DNA of 64,000 bases from an uncultured Candidatus Saccharibacteria bacterium (GTDB taxonomy: Bacteria; Patescibacteriota; Minisyncoccia; Phycocordibacterales; DATDWN01), in contig CAZNUU010000001.1 of the NCBI GenBank assembly GCA_964576615.1, positions 95,309-159,308 of the forward strand. The letters run 5' to 3'. Made by a program: the position numbers and the translations under genes. Each line of letters opens with the position of its first letter. Position 1 is the first letter of the stretch. The notes under the pieces were generated by a model. That model worked only from the letters and a program-made list of their open reading frames with translations, searched no databases and was not told the origin of the DNA. This document shows positions 40,632 to 50,671 of this stretch, piece after piece.

Positions 40632-42812
40632 CTACTGCAGTAGATCTCTATTTCTTGGATTTCTTACCTTTTTTTCTTTTTTGGGCAGTGTAAGTCTTTG
40701 TAATTCCATAATTTCATCTCGTAAAATTGCTGCTGTTTCGAAATCAAGGATTTTTACTGCACCATCCATTTGCTTCTCCTTTTGTTTAATCAGCTTTTCC
40801 GGATCTTTTTCCATCATTTTCTTATCGATTCTCAAAAGCTCATCGACTGTCTTGGTATGTTCTGACTTTATTTGATCCGTAATGTCTTGAATCTTTTTTA
40901 TAATCGTCTTTGGGGTAATGCCATGCTTTTTATTGAATTCTACTTGCAAGTTTCTCCTGCGATTAGTCTCATCAATTGCATACTTCATGGAACCAGTAAC
41001 GTTATCAGCATAAAGAATAACTCTGCCATTTACATTTCTCGCCGCTCTACCAATTATTTGGATAAGTGATGTTTCGCTCCTGAGAAATCCTTCCTTATCC
41101 GCATCCAAAATCCCAATAAGTGTTACCTCTGGCAAATCCAAGCCTTCTCTAAGTAGATTTACCCCAACCAAAATATCGAACTCCCCCTTTCGAAGTCTAG
41201 TTAAAATCTCAATTCTCTCTATTGTTTTTATATCACTGTGCAAATACTCCGCTCGGATTCCTTTCTCTTTTAGATACTCACTCAAATCTTCCGCCATTTT
41301 TTTGGTAAGAGTTGTGGCAATTGCTCTCCCTCCTGCCTTGATCGCTTTATCTGCCTCGGAAATAAAATCTGCAATTTGGCCCCTATACCCAGACTTTGTC
41401 TGGGTCGGGCGAATATTTGCTTCTGCAAATGTTTTAGCCTGATCATCTGAAGTAATTGGTCTAACTTCTATCATTGGATCAACCAATCCCGTTGGCCTTA
41501 TGACCTGCTCCACAATCCCCGACGTTTCAGTCGGGGCTCCGACCTCCGATCTCAGCTGATCGGAGCGTCGGAGTTGCTTCACCGACTCTTGGCTCTTTTT
41601 AATTTCATAATCGCTGGGCGTTGCAGAAGTGTAAATAACCTGGCCAACTCGTTCTTCGAACTCTTCGAACTTAAGTGGCCTGTTGTCTTTGGCACTTGGA
41701 AGTCTAAAGCCGTAGTCAATCAATGACTGTTTTCTGGATGCATCCCCTGCATACATTGCCCCAAGCTGAGGCACCGTGACATGCGACTCATCAATTATTG
41801 TCAAAAATTCAGCTTTGCCTGCTTTGTCATGAGGAAAATAGGAAAGAAGCGTATCTGGCGGCTCACCTGGTGCTTTACCCGAGAAGTGCCTGGAATAATT
41901 TTCAATGCCGTTGCAATAACCCATCTCTCGAATTAAAGCTAGGTCATTTGTCGTTCGTCTCTTTAGTCTCTCTACCTCAAGTAACTTGCCTTCTTTTTCG
42001 AGTTCCTTAAGTCTAACTTTCAATTCTTCTTTTATGGATTTAAAAGCTCTCTCAATTTGCTCTTCGCTTGAAATAAAGTGCTTGGCCGGAAAAAGAAAGA
42101 ACAAATCGAGTTCTTTAATGATTTCGCGAGTTATAGCGTTTATAAGTAGGATTTGTTTTATTTTGTCTCGCTCTATCTCTATTCTATAAATAACTTTTTC
42201 CGATACAGGCATAATCTCAATCATGTTACCGATTGCTCGAAACAAGCCAGGAGTTAAATCTGCCGTGGTTCTTTCAAAGTGAATATTTATTAGCCGCCTT
42301 ATAAATTCAGCTCTCGAAATAGCTTGGTCTACAGCTATCTTCATGTTCACCTTTTCATATTCAACTGGAGAGCCGAGACCATAGATACACGAAACGGAAG
42401 CCACAATAATCACATCTTTCCTTGTAAGTAGTGCCTGAGTGGAGGCATGGCGGAGTCTTTCAATTTCCTCATTTATCATCGCTTCCTTCTCTATATATGT
42501 ATCAGAGACAGGCATGTAGGCCTCGGGCTGATAGTAGTCGTAGTAAGAGACAAAGTAGTGCACGGCATTTTTTGGAAAAAATTCTCTATACTCTTGCGCC
42601 AGTTGAGCCGCTAGAGTTTTGTTGTGAGCAATAACAAGGGTTGGCTTTTGAACCTCTGCAATCACATTCGCGGCAGTAAAAGTTTTACCTGAACCGGTCA
42701 CGCCCAAAAGAGTTTGGTGCTGAAAGCCCTTTTTTATACCAGAGACAAGCGCCTCAATTGCTTTGGGCTGATCTCCGGCCGGTTTTAGTTCTTTGTTGAG
42801 TTCGAATTTCAT
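40632..42812 (-). CDS. uvrB: Excinuclease ABC subunit B with two in-frame palindromic inserts
   Basis: PAGDQPKAI, GVTGSGKT, YYDYYQPEAY, DESH, NLLREGLDLPEV, GRAARN. Confidence 0.98.
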   Translation of the reverse strand: MKFELNKELKPAGDQPKAIEALVSGIKKGFQHQTLLGVTGSGKTFTAANVIAEVQKPTLVIAHNKTLAAQLAQEYREFFPKNAVHYFVSYYDYYQPEAYMPVSDTYIEKEAMINEEIERLRHASTQALLTRKDVIIVASVSCIYGLGSPVEYEKVNMKIAVDQAISRAEFIRRLINIHFERTTADLTPGLFRAIGNMIEIMPVSEKVIYRIEIERDKIKQILLINAITREIIKELDLFFLFPAKHFISSEEQIERAFKSIKEELKVRLKELEKEGKLLEVERLKRRTTNDLALIREMGYCNGIENYSRHFSGKAPGEPPDTLLSYFPHDKAGKAEFLTIIDESHVTVPQLGAMYAGDASRKQSLIDYGFRLPSAKDNRPLKFEEFEERVGQVIYTSATPSDYEIKKSQESVKQLRRSDQLRSEVGAPTETSGIVEQVIRPTGLVDPMIEVRPITSDDQAKTFAEANIRPTQTKSGYRGQIADFISEADKAIKAGGRAIATTLTKKMAEDLSEYLKEKGIRAEYLHSDIKTIERIEILTRLRKGEFDILVGVNLLREGLDLPEVTLIGILDADKEGFLRSETSLIQIIGRAARNVNGRVILYADNVTGSMKYAIDETNRRRNLQVEFNKKHGITPKTIIKKIQDITDQIKSEHTKTVDELLRIDKKMMEKDPEKLIKQKEKQMDGAVKILDFETAAILRDEIMELQRLTLPKKEKKVRNPRNRDLLQ
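41381..41439 (+). repeat. Double-hairpin in-frame element, copy in uvrB
   Basis: CCCTAT-ACCCAGAC-ttt-GTCTGGGT-CGGGCG-AATATTTGC-ttct-GCAAATGTT-TTAGCC. Confidence 0.85.
41517..41573 (+). repeat. Second type of in-frame palindromic insert in uvrB (57 bp)
   Basis: CCCCGAC-gtttca-GTCGGGG then CTCCGAC-CTCCGATC-tcagct-GATCGGAG-c-GTCGGAG. Confidence 0.75.
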
Positions 42813-42818
42813 ATTGTT

Positions 42819-42942
42819 TAGAACTTCCAGATTCGGCCAATTTCTTTGTCAAAGTTCAAAAAATAATTCTCGTCTTATACTCGATAAGCCTCCAATTATT
42901 TTTCTCCTTCTTCGCGAACTTGTCTCAAATCTGAAAGTTCTA
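42819..42942. repeat. Intergenic palindromic element (family C) just upstream of uvrB
   Basis: Terminal IR TAGAACTT.CAGATT; apical CTTATACTCGATAAG matches the reverse complement of the 18.1-kb copy exactly. Confidence 0.75.
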
Positions 42943-43005
42943 GGTGACGTTGAGTATACAATATTTAAATAAAATGACGAAGGCGGCCACAATGGCCGCC
43001 TTGAT

Positions 43006-43332
43006 TCAAACTCCGAGAGCTTTCCTTTCCGCATCGGTCAGCTTCGCGATTGCATTCTTCCGAACCTCGAGCCTTGCAGCCTCGTCATCAGCAAGACTAA
43101 CTGAGGAAGGATTGATCAGGAAGGCTTCAGCACCATTCGTCAGGACCCACACCAATCGCATCTGATGGAAATCTTTGTCTCTGAGGGTACCGCGCCACCC
43201 CTCGGCGACATCCGGGTCGGCTAGGTAGGCAACTGGACGTGGATTGAGACCATCCTGATCAGTTCTGTAGACCTCCGAGACCTGACCAACTGTGAACTGC
43301 TTCAGAACACCCCTCAGTTCATTGATATCCAT
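43006..43332 (-). CDS. Hypothetical protein (cassette)
   Basis: 108 aa ending AIAKLTDAERKALGV; GAGGTG SD; hairpin AAGGCGGCC-acaat-GGCCGCCTT. Confidence 0.75.
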   Translation of the reverse strand: MDINELRGVLKQFTVGQVSEVYRTDQDGLNPRPVAYLADPDVAEGWRGTLRDKDFHQMRLVWVLTNGAEAFLINPSSVSLADDEAARLEVRKNAIAKLTDAERKALGV

Positions 43333-43392
43333 GTATCACCTCGCAATAGTCCTAGCCGAATATAGCCAAGACATCTAATGAAAGATTACTCA

Positions 43393-44631
<1,239 letters not shown>

Positions 44632-44698
44632 CTATCACTTGTACATAAATATCGAAAGCCGGGAGTGTTACCTCCCGGCTTGATTCGCTATCTGCGAT

Positions 44699-44977
44699 TC
44701 AGATGTGGACGCCTGCAGCCAGCAACTCCTGTCGCTGAGCAAACACAGGAAACGCCCCAGGCCAAGCGTGATTGAGTAACTGCCCGCGGTTGCCGTAGGC
44801 AACCTGGCCTCGACGCTTGCTTTTCCAGCCAACCTCCCAGAAAGTTTCCTCGTCGGCATTTGTGATCCACACTTCGCCGGGTTGAATTTCAGGGTGATTG
44901 TTCTGGCTGAACTTCACTGAACCTGCTTTCCTCCAACGGCGCCAGAAGCGCTCGTCGTGCTTTTTGCACTGATTCAT
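44699..44977 (-). CDS. Hypothetical protein (cassette)
   Basis: TTGACG-N17-TACTAT at 45023-44995; GGAGG SD; hairpin AAGCCGGGAG..CTCCCGGCTT. Confidence 0.7.
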   Translation of the reverse strand: MNQCKKHDERFWRRWRKAGSVKFSQNNHPEIQPGEVWITNADEETFWEVGWKSKRRGQVAYGNRGQLLNHAWPGAFPVFAQRQELLAAGVHI

Positions 44978-45062
44978 GCCTATCCTCCAACCCAATAGTA
45001 ATATATAAATATAAATACGTCAAGGGCAGAACTTCTCAACTCAGTATTAGTAAACAGTACTA

Positions 45063-45518
45063 TTATTTCTCTACCTTAAGTAGCTCCACTTCAAAAACAA
45101 GAGTCGAACCACCAGGAATAGGACCATAATCATTTGCCCCATAACCGAGTTCAGGAGGAACAACTATTGTTCGCTTCCCCCCTACTCTCATACCCAGAAG
45201 ACCTTGGTCCCACCCTTTAATTACTTGATTAGTTCCCAAGACAAACTGAAATGGCTCATTTCTTGCAACAGAACTGTCAAATACTTTGCCATCTGTAAAT
45301 CTTCCCACATAATTTACTGTAATCCTGCTACCGGCGACTGCAGGCTCACCTCCTCCCACTACATTATCTTGAATCTGAAGTTGTGGTGTAGTCACTTGTA
45401 ATACATTAGTTTTATTTGTAAATAATGAAATCAATCCCTGGCCAAAAACAAAAAAGAATCCGATAACAAAGATAGCGACAATAACTGCCACCCATTCTTT
45501 TTGATTTAAGTGTGTCAT
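45063..45518 (-). CDS. FKBP-type peptidyl-prolyl isomerase, membrane-anchored
   Basis: YVGRFTDGKVFDSS, VIKGWDQG, PELGYG, LVFEVELL. Confidence 0.95.
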   Translation of the reverse strand: MTHLNQKEWVAVIVAIFVIGFFFVFGQGLISLFTNKTNVLQVTTPQLQIQDNVVGGGEPAVAGSRITVNYVGRFTDGKVFDSSVARNEPFQFVLGTNQVIKGWDQGLLGMRVGGKRTIVVPPELGYGANDYGPIPGGSTLVFEVELLKVEK

Positions 45519-45617
45519 ACATAAATTATATTACATCACAAAAACCTGTAAACGGAAAAATCTACTTTGACACTCACGCACGCATGTGTTATTTTCCATG
45601 CAGAATGGAGGCGGAAC

Positions 45618-46232
45618 ATGTTTGATAAGGCCTCGAGAATGCCGAAGACCTTCCTGCCCAATGTCATCACCATAACCGGCGCATCGGGCACTGGTAAGGG
45701 AACCTTGGTCGAGAGACTCCTCGAAGAGAAGATATTCGAGCGCTACAGACCAGTAAGCGGTGGGAGCATCATGCGCGATTTCGCAAGAAGCCGCGGGATG
45801 GATATCGAGCCATTCGTTGCCTACTGTCGGGAACATCCGGAGGAGGGCTGGGACAGGAAATGCGACGAGGCGCTTGCGAGGGAGGGTGAAATCGACTATG
45901 TGGTCATCGAGGCAAGACTTGGACACGTCTTCGCCCCGAGAGGATTCCACGTACTTCTCAAGTGTCCTTTGGAAGTCCGCGCGCAATGGATGAGGAAAAA
46001 CGAGAAGCGTAAGGAATATTTCGGAAAACCACTGGACCAGATTCAGGCGATGATGCAGCAGCGAGACGTAGATGACCAGACTCGCTACCAAAGAATCTAC
46101 CCTGGATCGCTGTGGCCGGAGGAGGACTTCGACCTCGTAATTGAGACAAACAAACAGAGTCTCTATGACGAGGTAAGACTCATCCGGATCCGGCACAGTT
46201 TCTGGCGGGCTACACAAAACATCAATTGGTAA
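45618..46232 (+). CDS. Cytidylate kinase-like P-loop kinase (archaeal-type Cmk family; cassette)
   Basis: ITITGASGTGKGT, SGGSIMR, VIEARL, FDLVIET; TTGACA promoter at 45567; GGAGG SD; hairpin after the stop. Confidence 0.75.
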   Translation: MFDKASRMPKTFLPNVITITGASGTGKGTLVERLLEEKIFERYRPVSGGSIMRDFARSRGMDIEPFVAYCREHPEEGWDRKCDEALAREGEIDYVVIEARLGHVFAPRGFHVLLKCPLEVRAQWMRKNEKRKEYFGKPLDQIQAMMQQRDVDDQTRYQRIYPGSLWPEEDFDLVIETNKQSLYDEVRLIRIRHSFWRATQNINW

Positions 46233-46316
46233 TAGCAGGGCTGCTGACGAAAGTTGGCAGCCCTGAAATTTTACTTGAACTTGCTTACGAATTTTTATCC
46301 AAGTAAAATACAAGCC

Positions 46317-47069
46317 ATGAACAAAAAAATAATTTTAAACGTCCCGGAGAAACATCTGCCTATTGAACCCCTCACCAAAAAGGAACTGCACGACACGGCG
46401 GTGGAGAGAGTACACCTCATATCCCGAGAATTCACAGATGGCTTTAATTTCCTGAGCAAATACCCAAAATCTGTGACGATCTTCGGTGGAACGCGCTTTA
46501 AGGAAACTGACCCGGAATACGAGAAGGCGAATTCCCTAGCAAAAAAAATCTCAAGTGAACTGAAATACACCATTTTCACAGGTGGCGGGCCTGGAATCAT
46601 GGAGGCGGCAAATCGGGGGGCAAAAGACGCTGGAGGTGGATCAATTGGAGTAACAATTGAGCTAGAGCGCCACCAAGTTAGAAACCAATACTTAACTGAT
46701 CATATTAGCTTTCATTACTTCTTTTCTAGAAAAGTCTGCTTGGCATTTTCTGCTGAAGCTTACATATTCTTCCCGGGTGGTTTTGGAACACTAGATGAGT
46801 TTTTCGAGATTATTACCCTGGTTCAGACAAAAAAGATCGAGAGGGTGCCAATTGTATTGGTAGGCAGCGAATACTGGAATGCTCTTGAAACCTTCATGAG
46901 AAAGGAACTGCTCAACAGAAGTACAGTGGATGAGGATGACTTGAACCTTTTTACTATTACTGATGACGAAGACCAGATTGTAGAAATAATAAAAAACGCT
47001 CCGATCCATGTTGGTGTTAGATTTACGCATAAAAACCTGGAGAAATCAGGAATTGTAGTGGAGAATTAG
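46317..47069 (+). CDS. LOG family (TIGR00730) nucleotide phosphoribohydrolase
   Basis: TGGGPGIMEAAN, YFFSRK, PGGFGTLDE. Confidence 0.92.
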   Translation: MNKKIILNVPEKHLPIEPLTKKELHDTAVERVHLISREFTDGFNFLSKYPKSVTIFGGTRFKETDPEYEKANSLAKKISSELKYTIFTGGGPGIMEAANRGAKDAGGGSIGVTIELERHQVRNQYLTDHISFHYFFSRKVCLAFSAEAYIFFPGGFGTLDEFFEIITLVQTKKIERVPIVLVGSEYWNALETFMRKELLNRSTVDEDDLNLFTITDDEDQIVEIIKNAPIHVGVRFTHKNLEKSGIVVEN

Positions 47070-47261
47070 GGTTCTTGTTTTCGAGCCTCCGCAGGCCGCA
47101 AACACGGTTTTGTCAAGGCACCTTTCTTGACAAATTGTGGCCGAGGTGAGAAGCGGAGCTTCGCAAGACCTTGAGCACGAAGTAGCGAAAGGTGTACAGC
47201 TTCAGTAAGAAGAGCCGAGAGCTTCGCTGGAAGCTTGAGGGTAGCAAGAAAACAAGAACCC
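47069..47261 (+). repeat. Palindromic repeat family B with 66-nt module (47147-47212)
   Basis: 14-bp terminal IR GGGTTCTTGTTTTC; module nearly identical to 28741-28806 and 54762-54827. Confidence 0.85.
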
Positions 47262-47264
47262 CAA

Positions 47265-47474
47265 TTACGACTTGGATGTTTTTTGTATATCTTTCTTTAT
47301 CTCTTTGAATTCGTTTTCAATTTGGGAGAGCCTTTCTCTGGATTGTTTTATTAAATATCCTCCTTCCTTTACATATTCTAGTGCTTTTTCAATATCTAAG
47401 TCTGACTGATTATCGAACCAGGACACAATCTGATTTATTTTTTTCAAATTTTCGCTTAAGTTATTTTTTTTCAT
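47265..47474 (-). CDS. xseB: Exodeoxyribonuclease VII small subunit
   Basis: Size, helical pattern, position directly downstream of xseA. Confidence 0.85.
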   Translation of the reverse strand: MKKNNLSENLKKINQIVSWFDNQSDLDIEKALEYVKEGGYLIKQSRERLSQIENEFKEIKKDIQKTSKS

Positions 47475-48577
47475 ATCACTTGTGATTTTAATTCTCCATC
47501 CGAAAGGATAACGTCAATTTTATCATTTTTCCTCACACCCCTTACACTTTTCAGAACCTTACCTCTGTGTCGAACTATGCTGTAGCCTTGAGACAATCTC
47601 TTTTTGGGATTATACAGATCGATACTCTTCTCTGATTGTTGAATAAAATCATTTATACCCCTAAATACATCCAGAAACCCTCTCTCTATTTCTCTTGCAC
47701 TTAAATCGATCGACTCCCCCACTCTATCTATTTCTAACTCAATCGAGGAAAGAATTTTCTCCTCTGCAAGTCTAAGTTCAGATAAGACTTCGTTCCAACC
47801 CGAATTTAGAAGATTTGCCACTGCGGTAGGAGTAGAGACATTTTTATCCGAAACCAAAGAAACTAGCGACACATCCTTATCATGACCAATACCTGTTAAG
47901 ACTGGAACTGGAAAATTTAAGATAGCCCTCACAAGAACCTCGTTATTGAAAGCTTGAAATGATTCCAGTGAACCGCCACCCCTCATAATGACTAGGACAT
48001 CAATGTCTTTGTGCTTCAAAGTCTCGAGGGCAAGCAAAAGATCTTTGGTGGCTTCAGCCCCTTCCACCCTTGAGTCAACAAACAATATTTCAAAACCAAA
48101 TTTACCAATATTCGATAAAAAATCGTTTATTACAGCCCCAGATTTGGAGGTAATAACTCCAATCCGGTGTGGAAATCTCGGAATATTTCTCTTACGATTC
48201 TCCAGAAATAAACCCTCTGCTTCAAGTCTTTTCTTCAGCTTTTCATAGGAAATTTTGAGCGCACCTTCGCCCACCAATTCAACTGAATCAACTTTAAATG
48301 TTAATCTTCCTGTTGGCTTATAAACCTCTGGATAGGCGGATATGACAACCTCCAAACCATCTCGAAGTTCCACCCCAGAAACTCGGTAATCATTTTTCCA
48401 CATTATACAGGTAATGACCCCATCGGCCTTTGTGTCTTTTAATGAAAAGAATAGATAATTTTTGCCATCATATAATTTCAATTCGGATACTTCCCCAATT
48501 ATTCTCGCACCTTCTACTTTCAAGCGGTTATTTAGAGAATTTAGATACTCAGCAACCGACAGTACATTTTTAGACAT
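47471..48577 (-). CDS. xseA: Exodeoxyribonuclease VII large subunit
   Basis: LSVAEY, GVITSKSGAV, RGGGS, GIGHDKD, STPTAVA. Confidence 0.95.
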   Translation of the reverse strand: MSKNVLSVAEYLNSLNNRLKVEGARIIGEVSELKLYDGKNYLFFSLKDTKADGVITCIMWKNDYRVSGVELRDGLEVVISAYPEVYKPTGRLTFKVDSVELVGEGALKISYEKLKKRLEAEGLFLENRKRNIPRFPHRIGVITSKSGAVINDFLSNIGKFGFEILFVDSRVEGAEATKDLLLALETLKHKDIDVLVIMRGGGSLESFQAFNNEVLVRAILNFPVPVLTGIGHDKDVSLVSLVSDKNVSTPTAVANLLNSGWNEVLSELRLAEEKILSSIELEIDRVGESIDLSAREIERGFLDVFRGINDFIQQSEKSIDLYNPKKRLSQGYSIVRHRGKVLKSVRGVRKNDKIDVILSDGELKSQVI

Positions 48578-49199
48578 TTTTATTTCTACTATGTCGTAAA
48601 TACTCGATGAGTAGTGGTAACTGCGAAACAAAAACAATAAGAAGTATCATGGGAGTTAAGTACCTATCTGCTCCAGGAATAGATCGGCCAAGATAATAGC
48701 CAATTGAGGTTACCCCAACTGTCCAAATAAATCCCCCTAAAATTGAATCCCGGATAAATTTACCATAAGTCATGTCAGCTGTACCGGCCAAGGTTGGAGC
48801 AAAGGATCTGACTATCGGCACAAATCTACTAATAATTATTGTCTTATCCCCGTACTTTTTGAAAAAATCTTCGGTATAGTCAAGATGTTTTTTCTTAAAC
48901 CAGTATCTATCATTTGTTTTCAATATGAAAGTCCTGATCCTCTCGCCCATTCTGTAACTAAACATAAAACCAAAAACCGCTCCTAGAAAAAAAGTGAGGA
49001 TGAGAAGAGGCAAGCTAAAGTATCCCTGGGAAGCCAGCAGCCCAGCTGCAAAAAGTAAACTATCGCCGGGCAAGAAAAAAGTGAATGGGAATGATTCAAA
49101 AAAGATAATAAGAAACAGGACTATGTAGCCCAAATAACCAAGATTTCTTATAAAATCGGTAAGATATTCCATCCGAATAATCTCAGCTAAATAATGCAT
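48570..49199 (-). CDS. DedA family membrane protein
   Basis: FLPGDSLLF, FFKKYG, RFVPIVR. Confidence 0.93.
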   Translation of the reverse strand: MHYLAEIIRMEYLTDFIRNLGYLGYIVLFLIIFFESFPFTFFLPGDSLLFAAGLLASQGYFSLPLLILTFFLGAVFGFMFSYRMGERIRTFILKTNDRYWFKKKHLDYTEDFFKKYGDKTIIISRFVPIVRSFAPTLAGTADMTYGKFIRDSILGGFIWTVGVTSIGYYLGRSIPGADRYLTPMILLIVFVSQLPLLIEYLRHSRNKNV

Positions 49200-49502
49200 C
49201 GAGCTATTTTACCATAAAATGAAGATTGTCTCGTTTTTAACAGTTTGTGCACAGCTTGTTAACAGTTAAAAGGAAAATGTTGATTGACTTTCAAAAACAG
49301 TTAATAAAAAATTAATACCGGTAGCTAGCTCTTGGAGATTCCTTAACAATTTTTTAGAAAATCCCACTTGTGCTCAGTGTTGAGCACTGAGCTAGGGATA
49401 AAAATTCAAACAATGCGGAACTCCTTGGCACTAAGAGTTACCAGCAAAAACAAAACCTCTCGTGAACTCACGGAGGTTTTGTTTTTGTACTTAAGCTGTC
49501 AC

Positions 49503-50600
49503 CTACCAGATGAAGTAGCTCCACCACGGTCGAGAGACTTGGACCGTCGCACCCGTCTGTGCATTAATCATGTATGTAACATCTGCATTAACAGGAACAA
49601 TAAATAATAGATAGCCTCTTTTTATTCCCTTGATTCTATACAGATCAACCGTTGTCTCATCAGTTGTGGTAGCTTTAAATTCTGTAACAACACTAACTTC
49701 CACATTCTTATCCGGTAAAGTCACTTTCTGAATTAGACCCTTTGGCATAGGTAAAATAGATGAGTTAGTAGAACTGCTCATTTCGCAACTATTGCCGTTA
49801 CAAACTTTACAGTTCTCTGAGCCTAGCGGACAAACTGTTACTGTGCCAGAAATTTTAATGACACCATTTAAAGCTGCGCTACCCCCCGAACTCGAGTTAT
49901 ACCCGTAGCTGTTTTTTACAACCGTAAAAACAACCGTGTCACTTGTAATAGCAGTTACTTTTATATCTACACCGTAAACATTAGTAGTCTGACCCTCTGA
50001 GACCTCAATAATTCTAACTGGTGCATTCATCATAGGACATGGGGTGATGGATGTATTTGATGTTCCTCCGTTTTGTGTGCTTGTAGTTTTCAGACCACAT
50101 CCACTATTAATGCTTACATTTAAAACTGCCGTAGAATCCTTAATATTGTCTAAGGTTACTGTCATATTTGTACCATCTATCTTTATACTATTGTGCAATT
50201 TCAAGGTGTACTCGGCTTGAGCTGGCGCAGGAGCGGGCTCCGGCTCGGGTGGAGTTACTTTAATTGTAATCATTGAATCGGTAATCGAGACCACATGAAT
50301 TTTGTATCCAGCAATTTCTATATCCTGATTCACTAAAAACTTATAATTTTGAATTTTGCTTGGCATGGCTGAAAGTAACGGACAAGGTTTTGTGCCTGAA
50401 CAATCCGGACCAGAAACAACTGACACGTTCGCTACTCCCGATGAGATACTATTTAAAGTCACAGAAACAGAGATTATGGAATTACTGGTTAGTTTTACCG
50501 TTTCTCCAACCGCCATTGAATACTCCCCGTTTGCAGTAATGGTTGATGCCGAAGCTAAACTAGCACTCAATAATATGGCTAAGAATAAGACTTTTTTCAT
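49503..50600 (-). CDS. Secreted hypothetical protein with two beta-rich repeats
   Basis: Signal peptide; two Cys-paired beta repeats separated by a PEPAPAPA linker; C-terminal RPWW. Confidence 0.75.
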   Translation of the reverse strand: MKKVLFLAILLSASLASASTITANGEYSMAVGETVKLTSNSIISVSVTLNSISSGVANVSVVSGPDCSGTKPCPLLSAMPSKIQNYKFLVNQDIEIAGYKIHVVSITDSMITIKVTPPEPEPAPAPAQAEYTLKLHNSIKIDGTNMTVTLDNIKDSTAVLNVSINSGCGLKTTSTQNGGTSNTSITPCPMMNAPVRIIEVSEGQTTNVYGVDIKVTAITSDTVVFTVVKNSYGYNSSSGGSAALNGVIKISGTVTVCPLGSENCKVCNGNSCEMSSSTNSSILPMPKGLIQKVTLPDKNVEVSVVTEFKATTTDETTVDLYRIKGIKRGYLLFIVPVNADVTYMINAQTGATVQVSRPWWSYFIW

Positions 50601-50671
50601 ATTTTTAATTAATAGCTAAATTATGAAGACGGTTAAAACTCTGGGCTCTTACACCTGGATTATACAACATG

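Noticed and set aside
24284-41573. In-frame inserts as inteins or introns
   Set aside because: Far too short (15-34 aa), no Cys/Ser...His-Asn intein ends and no group I/II core.
49230-49330. Possible replication origin (TTGTGCACA, TTGTTAACA; also GTGGATAA near 59332)
   Set aside because: Only degenerate DnaA-box-like words, no clear cluster and no dnaA nearby.
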